Source of the DNA: Saccostrea echinata
Lineage: Eukaryota
DNA length: 64,000 nucleotides
NCBI RefSeq assembly: GCF_033153115.1
Contig: NW_026889761.1
Coordinates: 868,001-932,000, forward strand
Reading direction: 5' to 3'
Shown here: positions 36,133-48,917 of the stretch, one piece after another
Numbering within the stretch: the first letter of the stretch is position 1
How the letters are laid out: every line of letters starts with the position of its first letter
Position numbers and translations under genes: made by a program
Notes under the pieces: model-generated
The model's database searches: none
The model's input: the letters and a program-made list of their open reading frames with translations, nothing else
Told to the model about the DNA's origin: nothing

Positions 36133-36860
36133 TTATGCCCCCGTTATCGAAGATTTGGGGATATATAGTTTGTGCCCTGTCCGGCCGCCTGTCTGCTTGT
36201 CAGTTTTTCTGTTTGTCTGCAAAAACTTTAACCTTGCCTATACTTTTGATTGAGTGAAGCTATGGTTTTCATATTTCAAATATGTATTTCTTGTGACATG
36301 GCTTTTCTTCAGATACCAACATATTTGACCTCTTGACCTTTGACCTTGGAGTTTGACCCACTTTTGCAAAAATCTACCAAACTTTATCCTTGGCCATAAC
36401 TTTTAAACAGTTGGTGCAAGGGCTTTCGTGCTTCACATGTAAATCTATTGTGACAAGACCTTTCCATGAATATAAATATTTTTGACCTATTGACTTGAAC
36501 TTTGAGTTTGAACCATTTTAAAAAATTTCAGCCTTAGACATAGCTTTTGAACAGTACTAGATCCTTCGTGTTTCACAGATGTATTCCCTGTGACAAGGGC
36601 TTCCTTTTGATACCAACAATTTTGATCTTTTGACCTTGGAGTTGACCTACTTTAAAAAAAATCTTTAGTCTTGGCCATGCCTTTTGAATAGTTAGCGCTA
36701 GGGTTTTCATATTTCACAGATATATTCATTGAGACAAATTTCTTTGGGTAACAACATTTTGTGATCTCTTGGCTTTGAAGTTGGATTTGCATTTGAAAAA
36801 CTTTAACCTTCGCCAAAAAAGCCATACGGGGCATCTGTATTTCACAAACACATCTTGTTT
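36133..36860 (+). mobile_element. Helitron-type non-autonomous repeat
   Basis: TTTTATGCCCCCG 5' end, (GTCT) microsatellite, tandem TTGACCTTGGAGTTTGACC units, 3' ACGGGGCATCTGTATTTCACAAACACATCTTGTT. Confidence 0.65.
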
Positions 36861-37017
36861 CTGTTTTTAGATATTCAAATGTTTATTAGTACAATGTGAG
36901 AAAAAAAAAACAATAAACTGGTGAAACGTATTTGACATAAAAAGAAAATGCGATGTACAACTATAATAACTGCCGTATATTGACACCTCCGTCTACATCA
37001 TAATTATTTCGTTGACT

Positions 37018-38563
37018 TTAGATCATGAAGCCTGAGAAAGTGCTGACTGGGACAGTTTCGGAGTAGTAGCCCGCACCAGAATGACATTCCACCCACACTT
37101 TCTTCCCACGATCTAGTGAAGTCACCACCATGTTCGTCCCCGTCTGGTACTGGTATTCAAAGTAGTCGTAGTCAGTAGTGTCTCTCCCTCCATTTGCTCT
37201 GGCTCTAACTTTGGAGGTACCATTGACCACAATATCAACAAGGACGCTAGAGTGTTCATACGACGTAAGGGAGACAAAGAACACATAAACACCAGAGGCT
37301 GGCGCTGTGAATACCCCGGATGAAGAATCGTAGCCGCCACCATAATTGTAGATCTCTTCAGTGAAGACCAGTTTATCAGAAGACCAGCCACTGTTGGAGG
37401 AACGAAGACCATCCGTAAACCCAACCTTTTTTGATACATTGGTTAACTTTGTTAACTCTGAAAACAGATGTTGTAGAAGCGAGCCTTTATGTCCTAAACA
37501 AAATCATTGACTAGTCATATACAAATCTGTTTAAAAAGCGGTTTGATGCTACAACTGCTATAAAATCTTTAATAATCAATGGTTATCACCAAAATATTGT
37601 ATACAAATGCCTCTATTTATTTTGACTTTTGTCCTAAAATTTCTTTCAGAAATATGCAGTAAATAAATAAACTCAACTTTGGCACTCGTTTATTGCCACT
37701 GGCAAAAATGTTTCTGACATCCTTATGACGTTACTTTTCGGTTCTCATTTTCTGATCACCCGCAAATCTTTTTAAACTCAGACATGCTTCTTCTCAATAG
37801 TCATTACTGCCATTTTGCTACGTCTTGTTTTGAGCTGCACTATTATATATTTCTAAATTCATTCCTCTTTTCGTAAATGTATCAGCAGATTCAAAATTAT
37901 TGTCCAAAAGAAACATAATAACGACGCCGATACATTCTTGCGGCGATAGATGAGACCCAACTTTTATAAAGTATTGCATGTATCTAAATGATAATTTAGG
38001 ACAAAACACAAAATCTATTGGGGTATTAGTGTGTAAGGTTTTGTTGACATTTTCCAGTTCTTAAAGATTTTATCACAGTTGTGACGTAACTTCTGGATCA
38101 ACCATAATATATATATATATNNNNNNNNNNNNNNNNNNNNNNNNNNNNNNNNNNNNNNNNNNNNNNNNNNNNNNNNNNNNNNNNNNNNNNNNNNNNNNNN
38201 NNNNNNNNNNNNNNNNNNNNNNNNNNNNNNNNNNNNNNNNNNNNNNNNNNNNNNNNNNNNNTATATATATATCAGTAATTCAACCATAATATATATATAT
38301 NNNNNNNNNNNNNNNNNNNNNNNNNNNNNNNNNNNNNNNNNNNNNNNNNNNNNNNNNNNNNNNNNNNNNNNNNNNNNNNNNNNNNNNNNNNNNNNNNNNN
38401 NNNNNNNNNNNNNNNNNNNNNNNNNNNNNNNNNNNNNNNNNNNNNNNNNNNNNNNNNNNNNNNNNNNNNNNNNNNNNNNNNNNNNNNNNNNNNNNNNNNN
38501 NNNNNNNNNNNNNNNNNNNNNNNNNNNNNNNNNNNNNNNNNTACATATATCAGTAATTCAACC

Positions 38564-38645
<82 letters not shown>

Positions 38646-39980
38646 TAATTCAACCATAATATATATATATATATCAGTAATTCAACCATAATATATATAT
38701 ATATATCAGTAATTCAACCATAATATATATATATATCAGTAATTCAACCATAATATATATATATATCAGTAATTCAACCATAATATATATATATATCAGT
38801 AATTGCAGATTTACCGATAGGAACTAAAAGTATTTCTATTCTGAAAGCATAGCTATTTCGACCGTAATTGTAATTTTAAAATAAATCCCGATAAGGATTG
38901 AAAAGAAATGTATGTACCTCTAACTCGCCAAATTCTGACAATTAGAATAAATTATCAATTAAAAGCTATATTATCTTCCTGAGCTTTAAATGTTTATATA
39001 ATAACTCTACGGAACATTCGTCAAAGAAAGCAATTGTTACCACAATTCCCTTTGGACGCATTATTTCTAAACCATTCTAAAGAAAGAACTGCTGCGGACA
39101 GTTTGAGCTGCTTTTTCTGTGTTTTCTTTAGATCCGACTTTATTTCATTCAGCTCTTGGTCAGAAGACACTGAGAAAAAGTAATTATAGTGTTAATACCC
39201 AATTTCATAATAATAATGCACAATTGCTATTTGAAACAAAAATGTGATTTGTTGTTTGATTATTTCTTAGCATTCAAAAACGGTAATAAAATAGGGAAAA
39301 AAAAAATACTCGTCATTACCTGATAAGTTAGTAAACAGATTTCCTACTCTTTGTGTTACTATTTGATATTTCTCAAATAGCTGAGGCACACTTTTGTTGA
39401 AGTCATTTAAACGCTTCTTTACATCATCTGCACGCTGATCAAGATCCATAACACTCATGGACAGGAGCCGCGTTTCCACTTTTACGTCAGACATAGCATC
39501 AGAAGCGTTCCTCTTTAATTCCTCGACAGTGAGTTTTAACTCTTCTTTAAGACTTTGCTGGATATTGATGACATTTGTCAGCTCCAGGTCAAGTCTTCCA
39601 TCTGTAAGGTTCTGATCTTTAACCTCTTCTTCTAGTTGTACAATCCTTCTGTTGGTTTCTTGGTTATCCGTATTAAGCGATGACAATCTTGTTTCTATCG
39701 TTTTATTCTGTTCTTCTAGAATTAGAGCCATTTTTTCCATGCTACTTTGAAGCTTCAACATCATCTCCTTCTGTGTAACCATGTCCTGCATCAGACTTTG
39801 AACATTCTTCACGAGAGACATTCGAATGAGAGTTTCTTGATTCAAAAGTTGCCTGAAGACATTTCGTGACAATGGAGGCTCTCCTGGGAATTCATCGGAA
39901 ATGACCGTATTATCCTGAAATACATCACAATTTACAGGAACAGCCAGTACAATAAATAAGAAAGACGTAAACCAAACCAT
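37018..39980 (-). CDS. Secreted coiled-coil C1q-domain-containing protein (C1qDC-B), 3 exons, ~409 aa; tandem paralog of C1qDC-A
   Basis: Exons 39320-39980, 39041-39169, 37018-37457; signal peptide MVWFTSFLFIVLAVPVNC; shares FRQLLNQETLIRMS.VKNV and the 129-bp exon 2 (LEWF.NN.S.GNC) with C1qDC-A; gC1q ends TFSGFMI*. Confidence 0.92.
38099..38803. repeat. (TA)n plus CAGTAATTCAACCATAA compound tandem repeat containing two N gaps
   Basis: N runs at 38121-38261 and 38301-38541 inside the repeat; lies in C1qDC-B intron 2. Confidence 0.95.
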
Positions 39981-41319
39981 GATAAAACCTGAAAACAATC
40001 CCTGACTGATGTTCGATTTGAGTAACTGATGTTAGCTTTTATTAACGTTCTTTTAGTACTTTTTAGTTTTTTAAGAGAACTTGAATTTTATTTCAATTGT
40101 TTATGAAAGTTCCTCAGGAGTAAATTAGATTTATACTTCACAACATAAATAAGATAGATAAGTGGTAAGTGGTAACAAAGTTTACAATGAATATAACTCA
40201 ATAACATTTAAAAAAAAATCGCACGTACTCTTAGTTCTACAATAAACAAAAAAAAAACAGTATAATTTTCATGAATGTGAATTTCATACTGCCTCAATAT
40301 CTTTTACTAAGTTATTCTGTTTGTTTGAGTGTTTCATTACATGTTTACATGTAAAAATATTAGATTTAGATGGGGGGGTCTACGGATCTCTTAAAGAGGT
40401 CATTAATACTGATTCACTAAAGCTGAACTCTTCGTAACTCTATATTATATATGTTATACAGCAGGAACAAAAAAGGGCATAATTATGAAGGCAAAAATTA
40501 GAATAAATCAATATCGTTTTCATTGCATTAAACATTTTCAAATACAAGTTGACGTGTAATCCAACAAATTAATCTTGAACAAGAGATTCTTTGTAACTCT
40601 ATGTTTAATCGTCATTAAATACATATCAATATATTGCAGAATGTTTATATAATAATGTACAAATTAAAAAACTTCTATAGGTGCGTAAATTTTAACATAT
40701 GTTGCCAACAGTTCCATCAGTTACAGTCTTTGCTAGTAGCATTGGGGGTAATTTGAACGTTAGTAAGGTGCATAATGGTAGCTCACCCTGCTAACACGAA
40801 AACATATTGTATTATGCAAACGTTTCCATTATGTAAAATTTATATCTTTTACTTAATCAGAAAAAATGCTTCAACATGTCTGTAAATTTTTCTTTCTTTC
40901 CCCCCTTGCCTTTATGCACATTTAATTATTTACTTTCAAAGTCAAATAACATCTTAAATGAATATCATAACCTTATTGTATTTAAAGTAAATTAGTAGAT
41001 TATCTGTGTTATATATACTGTATATTATTGTTTCTTTGTTATAAATTAAAAAAAGAAAGATTTATACGGTTAGGATAGGGATTACAGTTAGTTTAGTTTA
41101 AGGGTTAAGGAGGTGTTTATAAAGAGATAGGTTAAAAATTGCATGTTGTGCACTGTACAACAATATATTCGTAAAGTGGTGTAAATCAGATGTGTATACT
41201 TAAAAAAAATCCAAGGAACTTTTAGAAAACTTGAAATCACAAAATTTAACCAAAATCAATAACATCAAAACGTACGACTTTTCGCAAAATTATTTTATTT
41301 AAAAGCGTCCCGAAATACA

Positions 41320-42220
41320 CAAACATACTCTGAAGTTGATATCAAAAGTGTCTAAGTGTCTGATTGACAATATCTAGGTAGATTTTGGAGCTCTAGTCTT
41401 CTAACAATCTGTACCATGGGTACCAATTACGTTACCAATTGCGCCCCGTCATAAGCAGATCTTTTTTTTGTGTTCATATGAAGCAGAGTCTGACGCATCT
41501 GTGACCTTCAACTCGACATTTCGATATATTAACGACGTATGATCAATTATCAATAGTTACTTTCATTCATATGTCGACTCGATTTATCCCAGTGAGCTTG
41601 AAAGAAAAGATACCACGGATTCAGACACATCTGTTTCATATTTAGATATTTTACTAGAAAAGAAGTCAATGGTAACCTAATAACAAAGCTTTATGATAAA
41701 CGTGATGACTTTAACTTTTCAATTGTCAACTTCCCTTACTTATGTAGCAATATACCCTTATCACCTGCATATGGGGTTTGTGTCTCTCAGTTGATTCGAT
41801 ACGCAAGAGCATGCTCTACGTATGAACAATTTCTAAAACGAGGCAAGCTATTGTCAAACAAGTTGATGAAACAAGGATATCAACAGTCTCGTTTGAAGTC
41901 ATCATTTTGCAAATTTTACGGTCGATACAATGACCTTGTCAGCACACACAACCTATCATTGAGTCAAATGCTGACGTTTTTCATTCTAATTGTTAGGCCA
42001 TTATTTATACACTGAACTGTCAACGGATTTTTCCGGGGGGTTTTCCCGATCATGACAAGGAGCACACGGCGGGTGTGACCGGTTGGCAGGGGATGCTCAC
42101 TCCTCCATGGCACCTGATAACACTTCTAAATATTGAGGTTCCTATTTGCTCTGCTCCAAATTTGTATCGTTTCATTGGACTTTCGAGATTGAATACTGTT
42201 CGTTATCTTCATATTTCATT
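41320..42220 (+). mobile_element. Degenerate Penelope-like retroelement RT/thumb fragment with 3' end
   Basis: Frameshifted motifs MGTN..CAP..ADL, FRYI(N)DV, SYLDILL, KLYDKRDDFNFSIVNFPYLCSNIPLSPAYGV.VSQLIRYARACS..FLKR; no C-terminal endonuclease. Confidence 0.7.
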
Positions 42221-42282
42221 TCTTATTTAGATACTTAGATATTTTATTAGAAAAAGATGTACCGTTAAATAGTTATCTAACA

Positions 42283-43017
42283 GCAAGAGGCCCATGTACC
42301 ACAACGTGGTTTTTGAGAACACTTTTAAAGATTTTTCCCTATATATTTCAATGTAAAACTTGGATCCCTATGGTGGCCCCGCCCTACCCTCGGGGTCATG
42401 ATTTGAATAATTTAGAATCTACACTACCCCAGGATGCATCCCTCTAAGTTTCAGCTTTGTTGGCCCAGTGGTTCTTGAGAAGAAGATTTTTAAAGATTTT
42501 TCCCTATATATTACAATGTAAAAATTAGATTCCCTATGGTTGCCCCGCCCTACCCCTGGGGGTCATGATTTGAACAATTTAGAATATACACTACCCCAGG
42601 ATGCGTCCACATAAGTTTCAGCTTTTCTGGCCCAGTCGTTCTTGAGAAGAAGAGTTTTAAAGATTTTTCCTATACATTTCAATGTAGAACTTGGATTTCC
42701 TATAGATGCCTACCCCTGGGAGTCATGATTTGAACAATTTAGAATCTACACTACCCCAGAATGCTTCTATATAAGTTTCAGCTTTTCTGAGAAGAGTTTT
42801 TAATGATCTCACCCTATTTCTGTCTTTTTCTGATTATCTCCCCTTGTAAGGGGCTTGGCCCTTCATTTTAACAATTTACAATCCCCTTCACCCAAGGCTG
42901 CTTTGTACCAACTTTGGTTGAAATTGGCCCAGTGATTCTTGAGAAGAAGTTGATAATGTGAAAAGTTTACAGACGGACGGACAGGCGGACGGGCAGACGG
43001 ATGGAAAACCGACAACG

Positions 43018-43061
<44 letters not shown>

Positions 43062-43062
43062 G
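42283..43062 (-). mobile_element. HINE-like element with ~167-bp satellite units
   Basis: Minus-strand start GCTCACCTGAGCTGAAAGCTCAAGTGAGCTTTTCTGATCACCCG, (CCGT) microsatellite, 3 tandem ~167-bp units; same family as 21561. Confidence 0.75.
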
Positions 43063-44240
43063 CAAAACTGTATGATAAAAGAAATAATTTCAAATTTTCT
43101 ATCATCAAGTTCCCTAACCCTTATGACCTGCATATATGGGGTTTATGCCTCCAAGTTGATTCAGCTGTCTTTTTTAAATTCATTACAATCATTTCGCTGG
43201 TTTATTGTCGATAAAATGACCTTGAATTGTCAGCAAGTACAATCTATCATTAATTCGAATGCTGACTGGGGCTTTTCATACTAATTGAGAGACCATTATT
43301 TACACAATGGCTTCCATTTGTCCGATCATGACCAGGAGCACAAGCGGGTGTAGCTGGTCGACAGGGCATGTTCACTCCTCCATGACACCGGATCCAATCT
43401 CTGATGTTTTAGAGGTCCGTTTTTGCTCTGCTTTCGATTTGTTTTGTTTCCATTGACTTTAGAGCTTGAATACTGATCGTTACCAGCATATTACATTACT
43501 TAGAATTTGGAGAACAAGAAAAGGGAGATGTCTAAGAACAGCTTAATTAACTATATACATAATATTCTTTGAATTAAAAACTGGAGCTTAGCGACATGTT
43601 TTGTAATAGTCTTTAGGAAAAAAACTAAGTCCAGAGAACGATAGAAAATCAGCAAGGAATCAAGCACTAAGGATCTTTTTTAAGATAAAGAAATACTAAA
43701 CCCAAAAACAATAATTATAAACTCGCTACTTACTAGCTAGTTGTTTTATAGTGGAAAGAATTAATGAGATAGTCACTAACGGCCCATTTTATAAGATAGG
43801 TAAACAGAAAACGAGGAATTAATTTTTTTTTTATGAACCATTGTTCAAAAGTACCAGCTCATCGTGATATTAAAGAATTTTGCCCAGCAAATCGGATATG
43901 AATACAATTACAAACATTTCTTTCCTTGTTTGAAAAATACACTATTTAAGAATGGATAACTTTATTGAATTACTAACTATAGAATTAAGAACGAGTTAAT
44001 TGAAAAGAATAGGAATAAAAAAAGAGTAAAAAATGTAAAATAAACAAAAAGTTTGCGAATTTATTTTCATTATAATAACTTCACATATTACTTATAAAAT
44101 ACTTAAATGTTATCCTGTTACTTCAGCATACTAGAGGTTCACGGCGAGATACTTTTGACTTATCCGAGCGTAACCTCTAGCATCCATTGTAAAAATTCTC
44201 GCTGTTGAAACCCAAAGTGGAAATAAGCTATTTAATTAAA

Positions 44241-45713
44241 CAACAGCTCAACCCCCATAAGGCCACAGGACCTGATGAAGTCTCGTCACGACTGCTGAAA
44301 GAAACTTCCCACCAAATAGCACCGGCCTTGACACTATTGTACCAAGCTACATTAGACCAGGGCAAGGTGCCAGATGAATGGAAGTCGGCTAACATCACGC
44401 CACTTTTTAAGAAGGGAGATCGGAGTGCAGCGGTCAACTACCGCCCCGTGTCCCTGACATCTATTTGTAGCAAGGTCATGGAACATATAGTCCATAGCCA
44501 CATCATGAGTCACTTAGACAGCCATGGACTCTTGACTGAAAGCCAGCATGGTTTCAGGAAACATCGATCTACTGAAACACAACTTATCTTGTCAGTCAAT
44601 GACCTAGCACAAAGCCTAGACATCGGAGAGCAAATGGATTGTATACTCCTAGACTTTTCCAAGGCCTTTGACAAGGTCCCGCACAACCGACTACTGATGA
44701 AACTACACCACTATGGTATTAGAGGTCAAACCCACGATTGGATCACGAGCTTCCTTACTGGGCGCAACCAGCGTGTTGTACTCGATGGCCAATCATCATC
44801 AGCCACCATGGTCTCATCAGGAGTCCCCCAGGGAACTGTCTTAGGCCCACTGCTCTTCTTGATCTTCATCAATGACCTGCCATCATCAGTGTCATCCACC
44901 ACTCGACTCTTTGCTGATGACTGTTTGATGTACAGGAGGATTAAGACATTTGAGGACCAAGCCATCTTACAGAGTGACCTTAACAAGCTTCAGGAGTGGG
45001 AGGACAAATGGCTTATGCAAATTAACCCGGATAAGTGTGAAGTCCTACGGGTTACCAACCGGAAGTCCCCACTACATGCCGATTACACCATCCACGGCCA
45101 GGTCCTGAACACCGTCGACTCCGCCAAGTACCTTGGTCTTACGATCCAGAAGAGCCTCAGCTGGGATACGCACATAGACAAGATCACTAAGAAGGCCAAC
45201 TCCACCCTAGCCTTCTTGGGCAGAAACATCAGCCGGTGTCCAACCAACATCAAGGCACAGTGCTACTCCACACTGGTACGACCTACCATCGAATATGCCT
45301 CCAGCGTGTGGAGCCCAGCCAAGAAAGAAAACATCAAAAAGATTGAGGCAGTACAGCGTAGGGCAGCTAGATTCGCCATTGGAGATTACCAACGCACAAG
45401 CAGTGTAACATCCATGCTACAGCAGCTCCAATGGCAGTCACTCCAGATCCGTCGGGAAAGGGCCCAAGTCATTATGCTATACAGGATAGTTTACCATCTT
45501 GTGGACATCCCGGCGGAGACCTACCTACATCCATCATCACTGAGAACCAGAGGCCATGCCCTGCGATTCCTGGTACCACACACCAGAACAGAAGTGTATA
45601 AGACCTCCTTCTTCCCTCAAGCCATCCGGTTGTGGAATTCACTACCAGGAGGAGCAGTCGAGGCCAAGACCCTGGACAGCTTTAAGACCCAGCTGTCCAG
45701 TGCCAGCCACTAG
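44241..45713 (+). CDS. Reverse transcriptase (LINE ORF2, N-terminally truncated)
   Basis: KATGPD, NYRPVSLTS, QHGFR, LDFSKAFDKVPH, GVPQGTVLGPLLF, LFADD, KYLG, RTRGH..FFPQAIRLWNSLP; no APE endonuclease domain and no true start codon. Confidence 0.88.
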   Translation, partial: QQLNPHKATGPDEVSSRLLKETSHQIAPALTLLYQATLDQGKVPDEWKSANITPLFKKGDRSAAVNYRPVSLTSICSKVMEHIVHSHIMSHLDSHGLLTESQHGFRKHRSTETQLILSVNDLAQSLDIGEQMDCILLDFSKAFDKVPHNRLLMKLHHYGIRGQTHDWITSFLTGRNQRVVLDGQSSSATMVSSGVPQGTVLGPLLFLIFINDLPSSVSSTTRLFADDCLMYRRIKTFEDQAILQSDLNKLQEWEDKWLMQINPDKCEVLRVTNRKSPLHADYTIHGQVLNTVDSAKYLGLTIQKSLSWDTHIDKITKKANSTLAFLGRNISRCPTNIKAQCYSTLVRPTIEYASSVWSPAKKENIKKIEAVQRRAARFAIGDYQRTSSVTSMLQQLQWQSLQIRRERAQVIMLYRIVYHLVDIPAETYLHPSSLRTRGHALRFLVPHTRTEVYKTSFFPQAIRLWNSLPGGAVEAKTLDSFKTQLSSASH

Positions 45714-45836
45714 AATCACACCTGCGTTTTTATCTTTTAATTTTAAAGTTTTATTGAGCACTGTACATAGACACGCACCCCCTCACGCAGAGTGCGATAA
45801 TACTTTAGTGGTTTTGCACTGAACTGGAAGAAGAAG
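44241..45836 (+). mobile_element. 5'-truncated CR1/L2-group LINE, recent insertion
   Basis: TSD AATTAAA (44234-44240, 45837-45843); (GAA)n tail; GC-richer than the flanks; uninterrupted RT ORF. Confidence 0.9.
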
Positions 45837-46418
45837 AATTAAAAATTCAGACTTTCGGCATAGACGAATGATACGCAGCAATAAACTTTTCAACATTTAC
45901 AATAAAACGTACACATAAAACAAAGTTAATCTCTCGTGTTAGCGATAAATCCATTATTTTTTTTTTTAAAATCGAAGCAGAATATGAAATAGGTTGAATA
46001 TTTAAAATTCGAGAATGGAATGCAAAAAATTTGACGAAACGAAAATAATTTTCCTCTATGAAATAAGTGAAAATTTTTGTTTTCTGAATAACAATGTGCA
46101 AAATTAACGTAAAGTCAAATCGAAAGTACTTCGGTGAAAAATTTAAATAATGACGATTTTAATTAATGAACACTATTGCATACTAATTAAAGTAGATTTT
46201 AGGCTTTCTTGTGGCTTTTATACTCCCTGCAAATACGTAGGTACCTGAGAGCTGTTACACAGTGCAATTTAATAAAAGAAACACTTTCAGTGCCAGGAGT
46301 TTTAGTACAAGCGGACCAAAATTGTAGAACGAACTGCCTTTGCATATTAAACAATCAAAATCTATTGATGATTTCAAAAACAACTTAAAAAATCACTTCT
46401 TTAGAGACTTTGATGCTT

Positions 46419-48556
46419 TATTAAGGTCTTCCGTCTTCACGGAAGACCTTATAGTGATTCTACTGTTTCTTCTTCTTCTTATTTTCCGCCCATCTAATTT
46501 TGTGCTCGCGATTTCTCAAAGACTACTCGATGAAATTTAATGAAATTTTCAGGAACAATGTGTTTTTATCTGAAGTTATTTTATCCGAGAGATTTTTTGG
46601 AAAATAACTTCCGGTGCCAGGTTACCGACCATTTTCTGAATTTTAAAAGACATTTTGTCCGCAACTAATCTCAACAACGGTAAAAGATGTCAATGTGAAA
46701 CTTTCAGGGATTATAGATCGTGATAAATCCTAGCCGGGACATGACCTTTCGTTCGTCGTCGGTACTTCCGGTCGCTACCGGATGCAAATTTAAAAAGTTG
46801 AATTTTCTAACTTTTTTGTTTTTCAATATTTTTCTTTGATATTAGTAGAGTTAATAGAAGCATTTCCAAAAAGGCTTAATATATAATTTGTTTAAAAATT
46901 GATGAATCCAAACTCTAGATATTCGCATTTTAAAATTTGAAGCGGGTCCAAAATGGCGGCTGTCTCCGTAAACTCCGACGAGCAGGTCGGTACTCGGAGC
47001 TCCTTGGGTGGCTGGTACCTGGCACACTAACCTCCAACGTCAACAGTGTTCTATTATTTCGGGTATAATCCCGATTATGTCTGAATTTCTTTCTCATTTT
47101 TTACCCTTTAATTATGTTTTCATCTTTATAAATGATTTTTTTTCTGTGTAAATCCTTAAAAATCTTTGCATATTTGAAGGACCCATGTTATATTTTACGG
47201 ACATTGGCAAGTCAAAGTTTTCCTGAGAAAAAAAAAAGGTTAAATACATGGGATTTTTCACTTATGAAATAGTGATTGAGAGTGATCTCCCGTGTAGAAT
47301 TCTCTAAGCGGTGAAAACCAATAAAGCATATGTTTACAGAGGTAAACATAAAGCACGCGTACTTCCTTCAACGGGTGGAATAATCTATACAGCAAGAGAG
47401 AAAAGTAGTAATGGCTTTGTTGTACATTGTATTCAGGAGACAAGAGCCAACAGGTCGTCATTTACCATAGTTATGCTCAGTATGCTGGGAAAGGCAAAGA
47501 TGTGACATATGCTGAAAGGTAGACCGACTGAGATCAGTTTCTAGGTTGTATAAAGGAAGCAGCATTTATAACTACGAATAAAAATTGAAATAAATCTATG
47601 CCAATATTTTTTATGACAATGTGTTTCAATCAATTCAGTCAATTACATGAAATAATCAATCAACCAGTCTGACTCTCTTGACCCTTAAGAATAATATGTA
47701 ATTATAGCTGTTAAGGGAAGTAACTCAAAAATAGAGATCGGTGCCTGTATGTCCTTTTCTTGTTTCTGTATTTACATTTTCAGCTAAATTATCTAGAAGT
47801 CATAGGAAATGAAAATACAATAATGTATATAAAACAAAAACCATATGAAATAAGTGAGTTTTGATTTTACATAGGAAATGCATTGAGAATTGCAAAAGCA
47901 CTGATTTGGCAAAATTTAAAAAAAAGAAAGTCGGCTTGGTAGGTTAAACAATCCAGAATATAGCCTGTTTATTACAATTAAAACTACTCAAGAGTTCTTG
48001 AAAAATTCTATACGAGAAGTTGTCTGAGCAAGAACTCGAAAACGGTAAGAGATTAAGACACCTAACTTATATGAGCAACAGTCCTTAAGATATAGACATA
48101 CCATTTGGGCCCAGAGCGTCAGCCGTCACTTCCAGTCTTTGATCAAAGAAATAAAAAAATTCAACTTTTCTTTATTTGATTAAAAATTGCATCATTTTAT
48201 TGCATCTTTTTCGCAGATTCGAAAGATGTTGGTCCCACCGGAAACAAATATGACAACTTCCGGTTATAAGAGAAAAACTAAATAATTTGAGTATTTTACT
48301 TTCCCATAAATATTCTTTATAGATAGAGTATTTGAAATAAATTTTAAATATGTTATTCAGACTGCAAATGTCTTGAGTAACCTTGAAAACGTCGACTTCC
48401 GGTTTAAGGAGATAACACGTTGGATTTTCACGCTGACGACCAGGGATAAATTTCCAGCGTGTCTGAATTTCTTTTATCACTTTTTCAGCTTGAATTTTCG
48501 TTTTTATTTTCAGAATCGGACGGAAGACCTCTCATTGCTCGCAATGAGTTTCTAGT
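46419..48556 (+). mobile_element. Helentron-associated non-autonomous element (~2.1 kb)
   Basis: 5' TATTAAGGTCTTCCGTCTTCACGGAAGACCTT hairpin/subTIR, (CTT)n tract, 3' CGGAAGACCT subTIR followed by hairpin CTCATTGCTCGCAATGAG and a T-rich end. Confidence 0.7.
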
Positions 48557-48917
48557 TTAAATTATAACTCTTCCTGTATGCATTGTATTTGTATGTATCA
48601 TATGTAAATATTTTTACACTTTTAAGGTACAACGCCATTGAATACGTTTATGAAAAAAAGGAGTTTAATCAAATAAATCAGTTTCAGAGTTACTTATTTA
48701 CTTTTTGTTCACGTATTATATGTTCCGACCGAATCTCAGTCGGAACGAGCTCGTTTGAAAATGGCCTTCTGGTATAAGAGTTCGAGGTATATAAGGAGCG
48801 TAGGGACGTTAACCGAGGCTCTTACTTGTAGGAGTAGTTGTCCTGTTTACATAAGCATAGTTTCATAAACATGTTATTCCGGATTTCAGTAAATTGGAAC
48901 AGTTTTTTCTTAATACA

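Noticed and set aside
38015-38565. ORFs spanning X runs
   Set aside because: Artefacts of N gaps within a (TA)n repeat
46250-46405. Short LINE-like C-terminal remnant (..NELPLHIKQSKSIDDFKNNLKNHFF)
   Set aside because: Too short and decayed to delimit or classify
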